This document shows positions 11,990-23,891 of a stretch of DNA of 64,000 bases, one piece after another (the first letter of the stretch is position 1; every line of letters begins with the position of its first letter). The notes under the pieces are model-generated. The model did not search any database, had not been told where the DNA came from, and saw only the letters and a list, made by a program, of their open reading frames with translations. A program made the translations under genes and the position numbers. This DNA is from Albugo candida. Its lineage: Eukaryota. The stretch spans positions 1-64,000 of the forward strand of contig JBDOQK010000022.1 in NCBI GenBank assembly GCA_040437565.1. Direction: 5' to 3'.

Positions 11990-14286
11990 TCACATCGCCG
12001 CATAATCGGTAACTGATGTGCCATGGTCATTGAGCTCACCAAGCATTTTCGCTTCCCGCTGCCGAGCCAAGTGCTGATGCCATTTAACAGCGACGGCTAG
12101 AATGAGTAACGCTCCAGCCACACACCCAATAACAATTCCGACGATTGCACCGGCAGAAAGTTTCTTAGAGCTGGTATACGATCCCTTTGAACCTGTCGAC
12201 ACTGTACTGGTTCGCGTTACCTTACTAGGCCTGATAGTATTCCCGTATTGGTTTGAATCAGTCGCTTCCTGTGCAGAAGTAGGTCTGGGTGTCGCATAAG
12301 GTGTCGTCACCCTGATAGTCGGACGCGGAGTAGGAGAAATGGTGCTGTTCTTTTCCGGGTAAGAAGTTGGCGATGGAGCTGGATGAGTAGGTGCGCTGGT
12401 TGGTGAAGGATTAGGACGAGCACTGGGTGACGGTGTAGGTGCAGGAGATGGTTCCGGGGTTGCATATGGGCTGGATGTGTTTGAAGCTTCAGAAACAGGT
12501 TGTCGTGTTGGTGCAGGAGTTGGCTCTGGAGAAGCGTATGGATTGGAATGAGGTGCATTTTCATCATCAGGCTTTTTTGTTGGTGATGGAACAGGAGATG
12601 GCTCAGGAGAAGTTTCCGGATTGCTGTAAGGTGGACTTTCCTCGACAGGTTCGGTACCCGATGGCGGCTCAGAACTTGGTTCAGGTGAATTGTATGGATN
12701 NNNNNNNNNNNNNNNNNNNNNNNNNNNNNNNNNNNNNNNNNNNNNNNNNNNNNNNNNNNNNNNNNNNNNNNNNNNNNNNNNNNNNNNNNNNNNNNNNNNT
12801 GTTGGTGGTGTCACTGGAACAGGAGATGGAGAAGGGGATGGAACGCTTCCTGGAGGTTGTGTAGGCGTCGGAGGAGAAGTAGGTGTTGGAGAAGGGACTG
12901 GCGTTGGTGTAGGTGAAGGTACGGGTGTGGGTGGAGGATAAGTCGGAGTCTGATATCCAGGCACAAATATTGGTTTCGGTTTGGGAGTCATCGGAGTCGG
13001 AGACGTCGTTGGCGTTTTGGTTGAAGTCGGTAATTTGGACGGCAGAGAAGGAATCGGAGTCTTCGAAGGAACTAATGTCCCGTAAGTCGGAGGCTGATAT
13101 CCCGAAGGACTACTCGGTCGATAATTCCCTATGTATGGTGCTCTTGTGGGCGTGGAGACACGTACGGGCGTCAAAGGAGGTGGAGATGCGATACCGTACG
13201 GAGAAGGCTGCAGACTTGTCGGTGGTTTCCACGTCGTATATGGAACTTGCGTTGGTTTCGGNNNNNNNNNNNNNNNNNNNNNNNNNNNNNNNNNNNNNNN
13301 NNNNNNNNNNNNNNNNNNNNNNNNNNNNNNNNNNNNNNNNNNNNNNNNNNNNNNNNNNNNNTCGTTGGCGTTTTGGTTGAAGTCGGTAATTTGGACGGCA
13401 GAGAAGGAATCGGAGTCTTCGAAGGAACTAATGTCCCGTAAGTCGGAGGCTGATATCCCGAAGGACTACTCGGTCGATAATTCCCTATGTATGGTGCTCT
13501 TGTGGGCGTGGAGACACGTACGGGCGTCAAAGGAGGTGGAGATGCGATACCGTACGGAGAAGGCTGCAGACTTGTCGGTGGTTTCCACGTCGTATATGGA
13601 ACTTGCGTTGGTTTCGGGGTACTCAAAGGTGTAAATGCATTCTGTGGTCTCAAATACGGCGCATTTGGTGCAGGTGACGTATTCGTTTTAACGATTGGAA
13701 TGGGAGTGTGTGTGTACGAATTGAAAGGTGTCAGCGGCTTTGGAGCGAGTGTTTTCGACGGAGTATAGCCATATATTGTTGAAGTTCCATAAACAGACGA
13801 ATCGCTGGTCGAACGCGTGGGTTTCGGTGTCGGAAGTGGAGGTTTTGGCGTCGGAAGTGGAGGTTTTGGCGTCGGAAGCGGAGCTCGTGGCTGTGCATAC
13901 ACGGGATAATGAGCCAACGGCGGCTTTGGTGGAGGTGTCGAAGACGGTGGAGAATACGACGACGTGCTGTACATTGATCCAAAAGGATTGAAATTCCATT
14001 CGGGAAAATATCCCAAAAGCTCATTATTGATCGGCTGTTGAGGGTCTACGTACACGCTGTTTGTAGGCACAACAAACGCATTCCCATTGTCTGTATCCAA
14101 AAGCGTCATCGGAGTCGTTGGGCGCACAGTTTGAACGTTCAAAATCGTATCATTTTGCTGCGAGAACTCATCCCCAAATCGCTCCATTTGGAAGCGAGGA
14201 GCTTGAGACGGATACTCGCTTCCCCATTGCGAGTCACTGAGAACGTGAGCGGCAGTGAGGAGGACACTGAATCCATACTTTTGCAT
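11990..14286 (-). CDS. Pro/Thr/Ser-rich mucin-like type I membrane protein, interrupted by two assembly gaps
   Basis: Hydrophobic N-terminus from ATG 14286 (MQKYGFSVLLTAAHVLS), long PTPxP/SPEP repeats, a TM helix (AGAIVGIVIGCVAGALLILAVAV) and a short tail ending DYAAM. ORFs 13171..14346 and 11990..13174 overlap through the duplicated gap flank. Confidence 0.8.
13820..13882 (-). repeat. 21-bp coding tandem repeat (PLPTPKP x3)
   Basis: ggttttggcgtcggaagtgga repeated; translation PLPTPKPPLPTPKPPLPTPKP. Confidence 0.85.
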
Positions 14287-14412
14287 TGAATCACAACTGA
14301 TTGCTGTCTCTTCACTTTTAATTGTGAGCGCGTCATTTCGGAACAAAATCCCAAAAGCCGTTCTCTGAGCAGACGCAAACGCTTTCCGAACCGCTCGTTT
14401 GACTCTTTTTCA

Positions 14413-15896
14413 ATGGGACCGAAAATCCGAAAGAAGCAGACAAAGCAGACGCTTCCTCCCGCTCCAATCTCAGGTTTGAGTATGCGCTGTCTTTGTCGTC
14501 GCTTACGTTGGAATCAGAGTATGATGCGATGGACACGCCGACGCTCCAACAAGCGACTTTGGCGCTCGAACAACAGCTGGAGAAAGCTCGAATGGATCGT
14601 AATTATCTTCAGCATGAGAGAGTACGTGTGAGACTCTGTAGCTGTCGTCTAACGCGCTGTTTCTTGAAGGACACGACCGAGTCTTTTTACCAATTGACAA
14701 GAGAGGAATTACGTCAAAATGAGAATCAGTTGCTGGAGAAAGATCGCGAAATACAATTAATGGAAAGCAATCACAACGTTCAGGTGCGCGTGTACCTTCA
14801 GAAAGTCAAACATTTGGAAAAGGAGCACGAAAACACTTTGAAAAAACTCTTACACGACGGAATTGGACGATCAGAGGATCAAGCAGATGTCAATATTCAC
14901 CGCGAGAAAGCATTTCGTCATAACAAGCAAATGCGTCAGGAAGAGCTGCAGGAGAAAGAGAGTACGCAGCAAGAGCAAGTGCAGATGATGAAGCAGACGC
15001 AGGAGAAGAATTTGGATAAAATCAGACAGCAATTTGAAGCGTGGAATGAATCGGTTGCACGGAGGGGGAAAGACCAGCTTTTGAAGCTTAAGGAAATGCT
15101 TTTATTGCGACGTAAAGTCGACATTCACGAAATTGAAGAGCGGAAGAACACACACATAAACGATCTGATGAGAAATCACGAGAAAGCATTTATTCAAATT
15201 CGGAGCTATTACAACGACATCACAAAAGACAATTTGGAGCTTATTTCTTCGTTGAAAAATGAGATTCAAACGATGAAAGTAAAAGCGGAAGAAAACTCAA
15301 AACTTATGCAGGACGTCGCATTGGAAAACAAACGCCTTTCAGAGCCGTTAACGATCGCAATTCGTGAGGTAGAGCATCTACGAGCGGAGCTGAAAGACGA
15401 GCAAAAAGATCGCTTATCGCTTCTGAATGCGAAAGCGAGGCTTCAGCAAGTTAAATTGCGGATTGCCGATATTCAATTGCGTCAAAATGAGACGAAAAAT
15501 GAGTTTGGAAAGCTGCAAAGTGATCGGAGCGAATTGTACGATACATTCGAACGAATGGTCCGCAAAGTGTACGAAGAAGGCGAGTGGAAAACGAACGGAT
15601 TGGAGTCACAAATTAACGGAATGGAGACGCAGTGTACGCGCAATGAGAACCAAATGGAAGAGATTCTCTCTCACACAAAACCTCTGCACGCGACTTTTGT
15701 CAAAGAAAGCGTTCAAATCGCTTTAAAAACAGAAAATGACGCAATTGACACGCACACGCGAGAGATTGCGAAAAAGGTCAAAGAATATAACGATTCCGTT
15801 CGCATTTGTACGAAAAAAATGCGTCAATTGGGTATTCCTGAGGAAGATTTGGGACTCGAAGATTTTAGTCTTTTGTCGCCTTTGAAGCGAAAATGA
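14413..15896 (+). CDS. GAS8: Growth arrest-specific protein 8 / dynein regulatory complex subunit 4
   Basis: Starts MGPKIRKK, with two short introns (about 14473-14518 and 14622-14669). Coiled coil with family motifs DRNYLQHER, VYLQKVKHL, IHEIEERKNTHINDLMRNHEKAF, YYNDITKDNLELISSLK and ENKRLSEPL. Confidence 0.93.
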
Positions 15897-15904
15897 ATCG
15901 AACA

Positions 15905-17629
15905 TTAGTACTTTTGAGTCTTTGAGACGATATACACGCGAACGGTTTGATCAAGACTCGATAAAACGCAGAGTCCTTCACGGTCGGGACTCCAGTCGAG
16001 ACTCACAATCGGTTGTGTGGATATGACTCGAGCGTTCAATAGCTGTACGGAGCCACAGACGCCCATGAGCTGTCCATCGGCGTCTTTTATCGCTCGAGAG
16101 GATGGGTAATTGCTGTAAAAAGAGCGTTAGCATACCTTTGAATTCGCTACAGCACGTAAACGTACTATTTGTATACATTGAATCCACCGTTCCCTCCTCC
16201 TGTCATAAAAATCTCGCGATTTTGCGGTAGAAAACGTCCTTGCCAAATGGTCGATTTATGTGCTTTCTCCATCAAACACGGAAATCCTTTTTCCGGATGT
16301 TGTGTACGTAAATCGTACATTCGAAATTTCGACTCGAGTGTGGTTACTACTAATTTATTCATTTCGATATTTTTGCGGTCAAATTGGGCGCTAACCACTC
16401 CATTTTGACAATTTGTCTCCCACCGAAGCGTATTGGTTCGAAGATCGTACAATTTGAGATCGCCATTGTCGAATCCGCCGACTACGCATCGCTCTTGGTC
16501 GTTGAAAGCGTTTCCGAAACAAACTGTCCANNNNNNNNNNNNNNNNNNNNNNNNNNNNNNNNNNNNNNNNNNNNNNNNNNNNNNNNNNNNNNNNNNNNNN
16601 NNNNNNNNNNNNNNNNNNNNNNNNNNNNNNGGCGTCTTTTATCGCTCGAGAGGATGGGTAATTGCTGTAAAAAGAGCGTTAGCATACCTTTGAATTCGCT
16701 ACAGCACGTAAACGTACTATTTGTATACATTGAATCCACCGTTCCCTCCTCCTGTCATAAAAATCTCGCGATTTTGCGGTAGAAAACGTCCTTGCCAAAT
16801 GGTCGATTTATGTGCTTTCTCCATCAAACACGGAAATCCTTTTTCCGGATGTTGTGTACGTAAATCGTACATTCGAAATTTCGACTCGAGTGTGGTTACT
16901 ACTAATTTATTCATTTCGATATTTTTGCGGTCAAATTGGGCGCTAACCACTCCATTTTGACAATTTGTCTCCCACCGAAGCGTATTGGTTCGAAGATCGT
17001 ACAATTTGAGATCGCCATTGTCGAATCCGCCGACTACGCATCGCTCTTGGTCGTTGAAAGCGTTTCCGAAACAAACTGTCCAGCAGTCTCGAACGTGCTT
17101 GGAGTCTGATGGAGCAAGTGTCACGACCGGAGAAGAGACTCGGATATCCCACACACGAATGCATCCGTCTCGTCCACCTGTGACGATTTCTGGAGCTCCA
17201 TAGCCGATATTCTGCCCGCCACATCCATCAATTGCATTGATGATCGACGTGTGTGCTTGTGCGGCGTAAATTGGCACGTCAGGAAGCTCTAGATCCCTGT
17301 ACATGACGACATGAAATTGTGGAAAGATTAGAGCGCATTACCTACCAAACGCTCATAATCCCAGCGTAATCGCCAGTTGCTAGGTGATGTTCATGCAGAG
17401 ACGAAGCGCCAAAGGAGCTGCACTTGATACCATTCGGTTTTTCGAGCTCCGCTACGGTCTTAAGGTCGCCGTGCTTGAGCTCGTACACTGAGATCGCGCC
17501 TGTGGCTTTTGGGTAAATACCCATTGCAACAAATCGCGCGGACACGGGAATCCATTTCGTATCGTTTGGAGTGAAGGGTACGGAATGTCGAATGTGCTCA
17601 ATCAGTTGGGGCGCGTCATTGGTATCCAT
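15905..17629 (-). CDS. WDR92: WD40 protein WDR92 / DNAAF10 (dynein assembly factor); internal part duplicated across a gap
   Basis: [74 protein letters not shown] and AHKSTIW. The C-terminus is [16 protein letters not shown] with the stop at 15905-15907. Short introns lie near 17300-17345 and 16670-16720. Confidence 0.93.
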
Positions 17630-17745
17630 TTGATTCTAAACGACGCCGATCTTAAAGTGTCTCAGCGTTTTTTTAGAGTGAAAAAAGAGAAAATTTGTAC
17701 TGAAAAATAAACTTAAGTGCGGAATCGCCATATTGTATGCATTTA

Positions 17746-18849
17746 TTATGCAGTGCTAAGTCTCTGTGTAGAACGATCATGTATGACGGGTTGTTGTGTG
17801 CGGAGGGATGAAATGAGACCTGCGTCCGACATGGCTCGAGTCTTTCGTCGTTTGCCTTCTAGAACACGCATGCGAATCTGTTTTCGCTCAATGGATTCGC
17901 GATGATGATCCAATTTTGGAACGCTGTAATCCTGGAGGGAGACGTAGGAGGAGCCTCGTTGCGATATCTCACTTGGTGCCACGCTGAGGAATGCATCCAA
18001 TGCGGGACAATGACGCAGGATTGGATGTCGCGTTGCAACTCGAAGAATACCCTCCAATTGCTTCTTTCGTTGCTCAACCAAGCGGATATCATGACGCTTC
18101 AAGTACGACCACATTCCGGCGCTTGGAAGTGCTGGAAGTTGCAGAGGATTTTGTTGTATTAAAGCTTTTTCGGACGGGATCTTTTCCAGTGTGTGGAAAG
18201 TACTTTGTTGGCGACGAAAAGAACCGATTTCAAAGCCATTGGCGTTCGAGCGCGCGTTCTTCGCATAATAAAATCGTTGCAACATATGATACAAATTCTT
18301 GAATGCGCGGTACCGGCGTCGTATTGTGTAGGTCGAAAGCACGCCTTCGGGGCCTTTTATATCGACATGATACATGACAACTCCTTGACTGGTGAAGGAA
18401 TAGTTATTCACCTCAATCGATACGTCTCGATACGGGTCCTGACGAGTCGATTGCGGTGCTGACGCTGACACGTAAGACGCCGTGCACTGACTCATTTCTG
18501 CATCATCAGCGTACGTGTAATGTAGTACATCGAGATCAGGTGCACTGCTTCTCTCATTCCACTTCTCTGCAGTGTATCGAGTCGACAGAGACGTCGTGTA
18601 ATTGCACGTATACGCTGTCGTGGTACTTTGTCGCCTGTAAGTCGTACCTGCGCTCTCTTCCTCGACCAAGTCGAGTAACGACGACGCGACTGTCACTGTG
18701 CGCGTGTGAGTCATATCTTTGATGAAATTATGTATGTGAAACAGTACGCCGCTTCTTTCGCAGCGGGAAGTTGTCGTACGTAATGACAGACGCCCATTGT
18801 AACACAAGTGACACACATTAATGTCGTCGACGAATTCGCCCATCACCAT
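17746..18849 (-). CDS. PX (phox homology) domain protein; start uncertain, possibly Met at about 18714
   Basis: VVMYHVDI..YTIRRRYRAFKNLY..LPALPSAG..VEQRKKQLEGIL..LDAFL matches the PX signature (RRYxxF, PxxP, R). Confidence 0.85.
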   Translation of the reverse strand: MVMGEFVDDINVCHLCYNGRLSLRTTTSRCERSGVLFHIHNFIKDMTHTRTVTVASSLLDLVEEESAGTTYRRQSTTTAYTCNYTTSLSTRYTAEKWNERSSAPDLDVLHYTYADDAEMSQCTASYVSASAPQSTRQDPYRDVSIEVNNYSFTSQGVVMYHVDIKGPEGVLSTYTIRRRYRAFKNLYHMLQRFYYAKNARSNANGFEIGSFRRQQSTFHTLEKIPSEKALIQQNPLQLPALPSAGMWSYLKRHDIRLVEQRKKQLEGILRVATRHPILRHCPALDAFLSVAPSEISQRGSSYVSLQDYSVPKLDHHRESIERKQIRMRVLEGKRRKTRAMSDAGLISSLRTQQPVIHDRSTQRLSTA

Positions 18850-18944
18850 CTGGAATCAGATTTCGACTTCCAATTCCGCATGTTTAGTGTGGAAATTACA
18901 TACATTCACGTACATCGAAGAAAGAGCACAGAAAATAGATTTAT

Positions 18945-18990
18945 TACAACAGACGCTTTACAACAGACGCTTTACAACAGACGCTTTACA
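18945..18990. repeat. 14-bp tandem repeat x3
   Basis: tacaacagacgctt repeated three times, between the P450 stop and the PX gene start. Confidence 0.9.
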
Positions 18991-18995
18991 TATAA

Positions 18996-20639
18996 CTAAT
19001 GGACAACCGCGTGTTTCGGTAAAGGAATCAAATCGAGCGGGAGTCCTTCTTTCATATACAACCCGCTCTTTAATATATAATCACGATCCACATCGTGACC
19101 GTCCTGTATCTTTACAAAATGCTCCATTAAAATAACCGCAGTGAAGACTTTGACTTCGACGATAGCCATCGCCATGCCGATACACGTGCGTGGTCCGGCC
19201 TGGAAGACTGGAAATTCATAAGCAGTAGGTCGTCTCTCCATCTCGAGCCAGCGTTCCGGACGGAAAACATGAGCATCAGGACCCCAAAACTTTTCATTGC
19301 GACCCATATACCACGGAGAATAGTACATGTACGTTCCTGCAGGCACAAATGTTTGATCGGGTAGGATGTCGTCTTCCACCGCTACTTTGAGATTGTACGG
19401 TAAAGCAGGGTATAAGCGTAAGGTTTCATGAACGACTGCGTCGAGATACTTCAGCATTTTGATATTCTCATATGTCAGCGATACGGAAGAGCTATTTTCC
19501 CCAAGCGCTTGATAGAGTTCTTGTCGAATTTTCTCTTGAATGTGCGGGTTTCGCGCTAGCGAATAGAACGTGTAGGTGATGCATTCCGAAGTCGTATCTC
19601 TTCCAGCGAAAATAAACGTAAGTATAATCGATCGAAGAACGTTCGGACTCAGCAGTTTGGTGACTTGGACGTCTTTCTCGCGTGTCTTATTGATAAACAA
19701 TGAGAGCAAATCGGATTGTTTGGCAACAACTTCCGGATCAAGTCGCATCCGATTGTGCAGAATCGAGTCGGCGATGCTCTGAATACGCTTGGTGTACCTC
19801 CAAAGTTTCCATTCGGAAGGCATGCACCACCAGAACCACTTGTAATACTGATTGAAGAACAATCGACTTGCACAATGTTCATTGACGAAATTGCAATAGC
19901 GCGCAAACTGCTGAGGCTCCAAAATCGCACTGAGATCGATTCCAAATGCGATTTGGAAAATCGATTCCAAAGTGAATTCGGAACTCAATTGTTGCATGTC
20001 ACATTGCAAGACAGATCGATCTTCGAGTCGAGTGACTTGAACGCGTGAAAGAATCGATTGTGCACGCTTTTTGAAGACTTGTTCGGTAAAAGTACGAAAT
20101 TGATTTGCTGTGAATATTTTGACAGCGACTTTCCTCTGCAATTTCCAATGGAGACCTTTGTCGGGCGCATGAGGTCCATGATTCGTCGCAAAGAAGGCAT
20201 TTTGGAAGATTTCGTGGAAGGCATCCAGAAACCCTTGAGGTTTTATGTAATTATCCACATTATCGGCCAGCATATGTTTGACATCTTGAGGCGAGGTGAC
20301 ATATAACCCACCATCAAAAAAAATGTGCCAGGGCGTTTTCATTCGCCCATTATAAATTTTTAAGAGCTCTTCCTACAAAAAGTCTCAGCATGCAACTCGA
20401 AAAAATAGAACGAATACAAGTACCAAAAAGTCATAAATGCGATGATTATTTCGAAGGAAAGATGGGATCATTCCGAGAATCCAGACGCCTCGCGGACCAG
20501 GTACTGGAGCTAATCCTTTGGCGATTCGTAATTTGCGATGAAAAGACTGCAGCGGTCGAAGGATACATACATTCATAAGAAAAAGAATTCCGAGCGCCTG
20601 AAAGACAATTTGTGACGTGAAAAGGGAAAACAGGCTCAT
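18996..20639 (-). CDS. Cytochrome P450, CYP86/CYP94/CYP704-like (fatty-acid hydroxylase type)
   Basis: N-terminal TM anchor plus PVPGP hinge; intron 20373-20423 is in frame; motifs FAGRDTT, ETLRLYP, FRPERW and heme motif FQAGPRTCIG. Confidence 0.95.
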
Positions 20640-21324
20640 GGACGCGAAATGGAAAGTAAGTATTTCATTTTCATTTTTAGTTTGATTTGATTTTACTTTC
20701 TAATTTGAGATGAAAAAGTAGAAAGCTTTTTTATTAATAGTTTTATGAAAAAGCGTTTAAATTCTTCCGTGAATTCCGTCAGTGCGATTGGAGCGAATGT
20801 ACGTTTTTACGCGTGTACTGTTTTTGAGAAAAGGTGGTTGAGAAAAGAGAATGCGGTCCGAAAGCTGAGAATGAGGTCGGAGAGAATGGACGGAGATGGG
20901 AGGAGATTTTTCACAGAAATTTGAAAAAAGGTTTTGTGATTTATTTTGGGAATTGTATTACAAAGCGATGAAGCGATTCTTAAGAGTGGTGACTAGACGT
21001 GAGGTAATTGCATTATCCAAAAATTATCGGATTCAGTCAGCAAACGATTTCAACTCTCAAAACGAATGGCATCATTGCGTCCACCACGCTGACGTCATTG
21101 GATCCAAGTGGGGTGCTATTTTGTAAATCACGGTACTTTTGACCTGACATCATGTGTTCGAAAAAGACAACGTCATTGAGGTGTACGTTGATTGGTTTAT
21201 ATTCTGATATTACATATTCTCATTGGCTACTCGTAATTCACGACTACTTTTGAATGGAATTGCAAACACGATCCTGTTTCCGTTCTTTCATTTTTCAATT
21301 TGCACAAAATCCGAGTCATCTGAA

Positions 21325-22251
21325 ATGGCCACCAACCGCACATACAATTGGCCAATGATTGCGTACATAGGCACGTGTCATGCAGCCGCTTTGATTGGTT
21401 TATTTGCGTTACGGTCATGTCGATACACAACCATCGCAATCGCGGTCGTGTGTTACTGGCTCGGCGGGCTTGGAATCACCGCAGGAGCGCATCGGCTATG
21501 GTCTCATCGATCGTATAAAGCATGTGACGCTATCCGGTTCTTCCTCATGTTGTGTCAGTCTATCGCCAATCAAGGCTCTATCATTCATTGGTGTCGAGAT
21601 CATCGCGTTCATCACAAGTACTCGGACACGGAAGCGGATCCGCACAATTCGGGTCGTGGGTTTTTCTTCTCGCATATGGGTTGGCTTTTGGTAAAGAAAA
21701 GCTCCCAAGTCGTTACTGCTGGTGGAAAATTGGATTATCAGGATTTATACGACGATTGGGTCGTTGCCTTTCAGCAAAAATACAACCCGTGGGTTCAAGT
21801 ACTTATGTGTTTCGTATTTCCGACGTGGATCACGGTACATCTAACACACGAGACCGTTTGGAACGCTCTTTTTATAACTGGTTTTCTGCGATATGTCATT
21901 CTCCTTCACGCAACGTGGTTGGTCAATAGTGCGGCCCATTTCTACGGGTATCGACCGTATGAAGCAAACCCACCTCGTGAGAATTGGCTTGTGTCGCTAT
22001 TTGCGCTCGGTGAAGGATGGCACAACTACCATCACAAATTCCCGTACGATTACGCAACCAGCGAATTTGGCATTTGGAAGCAAATGAACCCGACCAAGCT
22101 CTTTATCGATCTACTTGCGTCACTTGGACTCGTATGGGACCGAAAACGGGCTGTTAATGTGTGGGAACGCATCAAACAAACCCGTTTGCAGGAAAAGGTC
22201 ACGCAGACGACAACGACCGCGTTTTCTGAATTGAAAGCGAAATCCAATTGA
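21325..22251 (+). CDS. Delta-9 (stearoyl-CoA type) fatty acid desaturase, no fused cytochrome b5
   Basis: His boxes HRLWSH, HRVHH and HNYHH, plus DPHNSGRGFFFSHMGWL, TWLVNSAAH and GEGWHNYHH. The first ATG is at 21325. Confidence 0.96.
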   Translation: MATNRTYNWPMIAYIGTCHAAALIGLFALRSCRYTTIAIAVVCYWLGGLGITAGAHRLWSHRSYKACDAIRFFLMLCQSIANQGSIIHWCRDHRVHHKYSDTEADPHNSGRGFFFSHMGWLLVKKSSQVVTAGGKLDYQDLYDDWVVAFQQKYNPWVQVLMCFVFPTWITVHLTHETVWNALFITGFLRYVILLHATWLVNSAAHFYGYRPYEANPPRENWLVSLFALGEGWHNYHHKFPYDYATSEFGIWKQMNPTKLFIDLLASLGLVWDRKRAVNVWERIKQTRLQEKVTQTTTTAFSELKAKSN

Positions 22252-22317
22252 GTTGACCCGTTCTTAAAGTTTTTTTAATTTCATGTATTTCTTTTCCCAT
22301 ACACAAAAAACGTGACG

Positions 22318-22977
22318 ATGCAACGTGACGCGCTGGTCGAAAAGTTGAAATGTGACGGTGTTATTCGCTCTGTAGCTGTGTATAACGTCTTGAGATGTAT
22401 CGATCGAGCAAACTACATCCCTGGAAATGGGGTTATCCGATTTGCGTATGAGGATACGCCGTTTCCAATCGGATTTAGTCAGACGATTCAAGCGCCGCAT
22501 ATGCACGGATACGCTTTGGAACTCGCATATGTGACGGTGCGGGATGTGAAACGACCAAGGATCCTGGATGTTGGTGCGGGATCCGGGTTTTTGACGGCTT
22601 GTTTTGGTCGCTTAATTGAGCATCAAAATGGTCGAGTTTTTGGTCTTGAAAGAATTCAAGCGCTCGTCCAGCTTGCTATTTGTAATATTTGTAAAGCTGA
22701 TCGAGATCTGTTGGATACAAAGATTGTATCAATATGTTACGGTGATGGGTACGATGGGTTACCCTCGGAAGCTCCATTCCATTTTATTTATATTGGCGCT
22801 GCAGTCGATATGCCTCCGCAACAACTAATGGATCAACTTGCAGATGGAGGTCGAATGGTCGTGCCGCTGACAGAGCCTCGTGGTGGTCAAACTTTGGTGG
22901 AAATAGCGCGTCATCGCAATTCTTTCTCACAGCGTAACCTCATGAGTGTTTGTAGTGTCCCACTCGTACGTTTTTGA
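22318..22977 (+). CDS. PCMT1: Protein-L-isoaspartate O-methyltransferase family protein
   Basis: YEDTPFPIG, QTIQAPHMH, LDVGAGSGFLTAC, GDGYDG..EAPF and LMDQLADGGRMVVP. Confidence 0.9.
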   Translation: MQRDALVEKLKCDGVIRSVAVYNVLRCIDRANYIPGNGVIRFAYEDTPFPIGFSQTIQAPHMHGYALELAYVTVRDVKRPRILDVGAGSGFLTACFGRLIEHQNGRVFGLERIQALVQLAICNICKADRDLLDTKIVSICYGDGYDGLPSEAPFHFIYIGAAVDMPPQQLMDQLADGGRMVVPLTEPRGGQTLVEIARHRNSFSQRNLMSVCSVPLVRF

Positions 22978-23009
22978 AATCGAACTTAACAATTAATAGC
23001 GAATTATCT

Positions 23010-23868
23010 ATGGACCAAAAGTTTTTCGATATCGATTGTAACTTGACGCATGTGGACCTCCGGGCTCATGTGCCCAGGCTCTTGGATGCGGCTCAGAGTG
23101 TCGGGGTGACGTCAATGCTTGTGCCTGGAACCACATTGGACACCAGTAGGGACGCAATTGAGCTTGGACGTCAGTACCCCGAGTACGTGTTCCCGACGGC
23201 CGGTGTCCATCCATTTCACGCGGACACTGCGCCTTCCGAGGACGAACTGAATCAATTACGAGAGTTATCGAGTCAAGGTGGGATACCTTCGTGTCACATG
23301 TAGCAACTTATTGTGTCTGGTAGTGTGTGCTGTAGGTGAATGTGGGTTGGATTATTCGGAGGGGTTTCCGTCGCCTGAACCACAGAAAGCGTGGTTGCAG
23401 GCACAGATTCGAATTGCATGTGCGATTCAGAAACCGCTTTTTATGCATGAGCGTCGCGCGTTTGTGGATTTCATGGAAATTATTACAAAAGTACGCAAAG
23501 AAGTATCAGCATTTCCAAATGTGGCTGTGCACTGCTTTACCGGTACAGAGTTCGAATTACAAGCTTATATTAAGAGCGACTTTTATATCGGTATTACTGG
23601 CTTTATTTGCAAGAATCATGGGGCCAGTTTGCGAGAATTGGTGACTCAAATTCCCAAAGAGCGTTTGCTGATTGAAACGGATGCTCCGTACATGGGATTC
23701 AAGCAATGTCGACGAAATGAGAGTGATTATCGGGCGAAAAAACAATACCCAAATGTCCCGAGTGCGCTTCCGTTAGTGGCGGAAACCTTGGCAGTTATGT
23801 TGGAAATGAGTGTCGCACAAGTGGCACAGCTAACAGTTAGAAACGCACGACGCTTTTTAATGCTGTAG
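23010..23868 (+). CDS. tatD: TatD-family DNase with one short intron near 23278-23323
   Basis: FDIDCNL, TAGVHP, AVGECGLDY, PLFMHER, VHCFTG and IETDAPY. Confidence 0.92.
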
Positions 23869-23891
23869 CGTTTTATTCCAAATAGAAACGC

